A program made the position numbers and the translations under genes. A stretch of 64,000 nt of DNA from Bugula neritina (taxonomy: Eukaryota > Animalia > Bryozoa): NCBI GenBank assembly GCA_964035545.1, contig OZ037768.1, positions 15,545,875-15,609,874 of the forward strand, read 5' to 3'. This document shows positions 61,740 through 64,000 of this stretch, piece by piece. Numbering within the stretch: position 1 is the stretch's first letter; each line of letters begins with the position of its first letter. A model generated the notes under the pieces. It saw only the letters and a list, made by a program, of their open reading frames with translations, did no database searches and had not been told where the DNA came from.

Positions 61740-63785
61740 TGGCCAGTGAAGAGTAGTAACACGGTGACCACGGTAGAAAATGCCTTGCGAGAAGGGGAGG
61801 CTTACTTGCTAGTAACTCAATTGCATAAAGGACACAGAGGCCCCCAACCAGTTGCTATAAATGCCGCGAAAAGACTCATGAATCCCCTACCACTCACTCA
61901 AGCTGTATCAACTCCATCAAGTTCCCCCTTAGATGCGGAAGTCAACCGCATGACAGAAATGTTGGAACAGTTGGTAACAGTTCTTGCCCGCTCTGATTCT
62001 ACCAAGTCAGCACAGAGACTCACGCGGTCGCCAATGGAGCCCGCGGCCCTGTGCTGGGGGTGCGGCAATCGAGGCCACCTCTGCATAGAGTGCCCCCCAG
62101 AACAGGAGGGCGTTAAACTACCACGGCCCGCGAACACCTTCCTTCCACGCAGGCCAAAAATAAAGGATCACAGGGGAGCATACCGCTGACTATCTGTACA
62201 GACGCGACGGTATGCCCCTCACGAATGGCAGGTACAACGTAGGACCAGCCGACCGGAAAAGCGGCCAGGTACCTTTTTCCTGCCACTCACCAACCATTTT
62301 CACCAGTTACTAGAGGAGGAGCCGACCGCTGACGTGGCACCAGAAGGCCAGGCGGAAATTTCAAACCCTCCGAGGCGTAAACCTAGCCAAAGGGGGCCTC
62401 GTAAGCTACGGGCTGATCACCCGAAACCTTATCCGGGTAAAACTGAACATGCGGGAGGGGCGAAGGCACAACCACACGAAGATAGTTATTTCCTACCGGG
62501 TAAAGTGGCGGGTAGAGCTGTCACTTTCCTGCTAGATTCTGGTTGTACTACGAACATTCTCAGCCGCAGAGTTTTTGAGGCTCTTTCCCGCCAAGATAGG
62601 AGCAAAGTACAGCCATACACGGAAGAACATCGCACCCTAGCAGACGGGTCATGTATCCCCTTCCACGGTATCGTAGAACTCACTGAGCGCGTCCGGTAAG
62701 AGGCGTACAGGTAGTATGGAACTGTACCATACCAGGATGCTACCGGGCTACTATTCACTGCAGGGTGAACAATAACTGGATTTCCGGGCTAGGGGTAGTA
62801 GAAGGTGCTCATGAGAGTATCCAGCTCGCCAGCAGCCTAAAACAGTTGACTGCGGGAGGAGAGATCTCAGTGCAGTGCGTAAATCCCTTTACGGAGTCGG
62901 TAAACTTACCAGCAGAATCTATGCTGTGCCGTTTCTACTCTGTCCAGGAAGAGGACGTGGGACCGTCGCTGGGAGATGCCACGGAAGGCCCCCCCAGCAC
63001 CCGCAAAAAGGGCGGGGGACTGTTCCACCACACATCAAGGAGTTGTACGAGACGGCCTGTGGTGGCTGCGCGAGCAACGAGGAATGCCAGGTTATGGCGA
63101 AGTTGCTACGCGAATACGGTGATGTGTTCAGCAGCGGAGAACATGACGTGGGACTGACCGGAGCTGTCAGACACGAGATACCGCAGACTGCAGAAACAGT
63201 CACTATTCGGCAACCCACGCACAAGTTGGGGCCAGAGAAGAAGAAGGAAATCAGCCGACAAGTTCGGGATTTTCTGGATCGCGGCTTCATAGAGCCAGCC
63301 CATAGTGCATGGAGCTCGCCGGTCATTTTGGTCTGGAAGAAAGACGGAAGTTGGCAGTTCTGTGTGGACTACCGCAAGCTTAATAGCGTGACCATACAGG
63401 ACGCCTACCCTCTACCTCGTATTGATGAATCCTTGGACACCCTAGCCGGTAGCAAGTACTTAAGTACATTAGACTTGTTGAGCAGTTGCTGGCAGGTCCC
63501 TCTGAGTCCCGATGCCCAGAAGAAGGCGGCGTTCATCACGCGAGATGGATTATGGAAGTGGAAGGTGCTGCCATTTGGGCTGACCTCTGCCCCAGCCACC
63601 TTCCAGAGGCTGATGGAACAAGTCTTCAGCGGACTCCACTGAAAGACATTGCTGATCTACCTTGATGACATCATCGTGATCTCCCCTGACTTCCAGACAC
63701 ACATCAGTCGTCCGAGGGAGGTTTTCGAAAAACTCAGAGGTGCTGATCTGAAGCTGAAACCTTCCAAGTGCACTCTGTTGCAGCC
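61740..63785 (+). pseudogene. Gypsy element B fragment: gag C-terminus, protease, RT (deletions, premature stop)
   Basis: CWGCGNRGHLCIEC; FLLDSG; FCVDYRKLN..YPLPRID..LPFGL; TGA at 63640-63642 where the minus copy has W; IYLDD. Same family as the minus-strand element. Confidence 0.9.
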
Positions 63786-64000
63786 CGCCAAGTGGTCGAG
63801 GAGCATGAGGAGACCACCCCACTTCCAACTCCACAGGTAGCAGCAGCTGCAACTAAATCACCCGAGCAGACGCAGCTCACCATGTTAATAGACATGATGA
63901 AAGGCCTGCAGGCTACGGTGACGAAGTTGCAGAGCGAACAGGCGGATAGGCGGGCTCCCCGATCACGGGACAACCCTGTCCGCCCATCTCTGCTAACCTG
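63786..64000 (+). pseudogene. Second copy of element-A-type gag C-terminus
   Basis: Colinear with 60900-61115 (SPEQ.QL..L.DMMKGLQATVT.LQ..QADRRAPR). Confidence 0.85.

Noticed and set aside
52781-63785. Minus- and plus-strand Gypsy segments as one recent inverted duplication
   Set aside because: They are the same family but show many substitutions and different lesions, so they are independent insertions.

Overview
Gene-free, AT-rich eukaryotic (probably invertebrate) heterochromatin with no host genes, rRNA/tRNA genes or CRISPR. 1-33080 is a homogeneous satellite (A) with 128/148-bp monomers and kb-scale block duplications. It is interrupted by a young full-length BEL/Pao LTR retrotransposon (20083-28493, 5-bp TSD, LTRs ~99% identical) and a 758-bp TIR element. 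A short ~118-bp transitional repeat leads into a 20-bp satellite (B, 33630-46300) that carries a 2566-bp tandem duplication, two Sola2-like MITE copies and a Kolobok MITE. Beyond that lie a DNA-transposon relic, an older inverted 10/20-bp satellite (C), several solo LTRs and a nest of decayed tRNA-Leu-primed Gypsy elements. The top observation concerns the BEL/Pao element. It has no tRNA primer-binding site; the 12 nt after its 5' LTR are instead perfectly complementary to the exon junction made by removing a GT-AG intron inside the LTR, next to an R-U5 stem. This suggests splicing-assembled, tRNA-independent self-priming (inference; no searches were run). Almost all short ORFs in the track are satellite artefacts. 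Coordinates were counted by eye.
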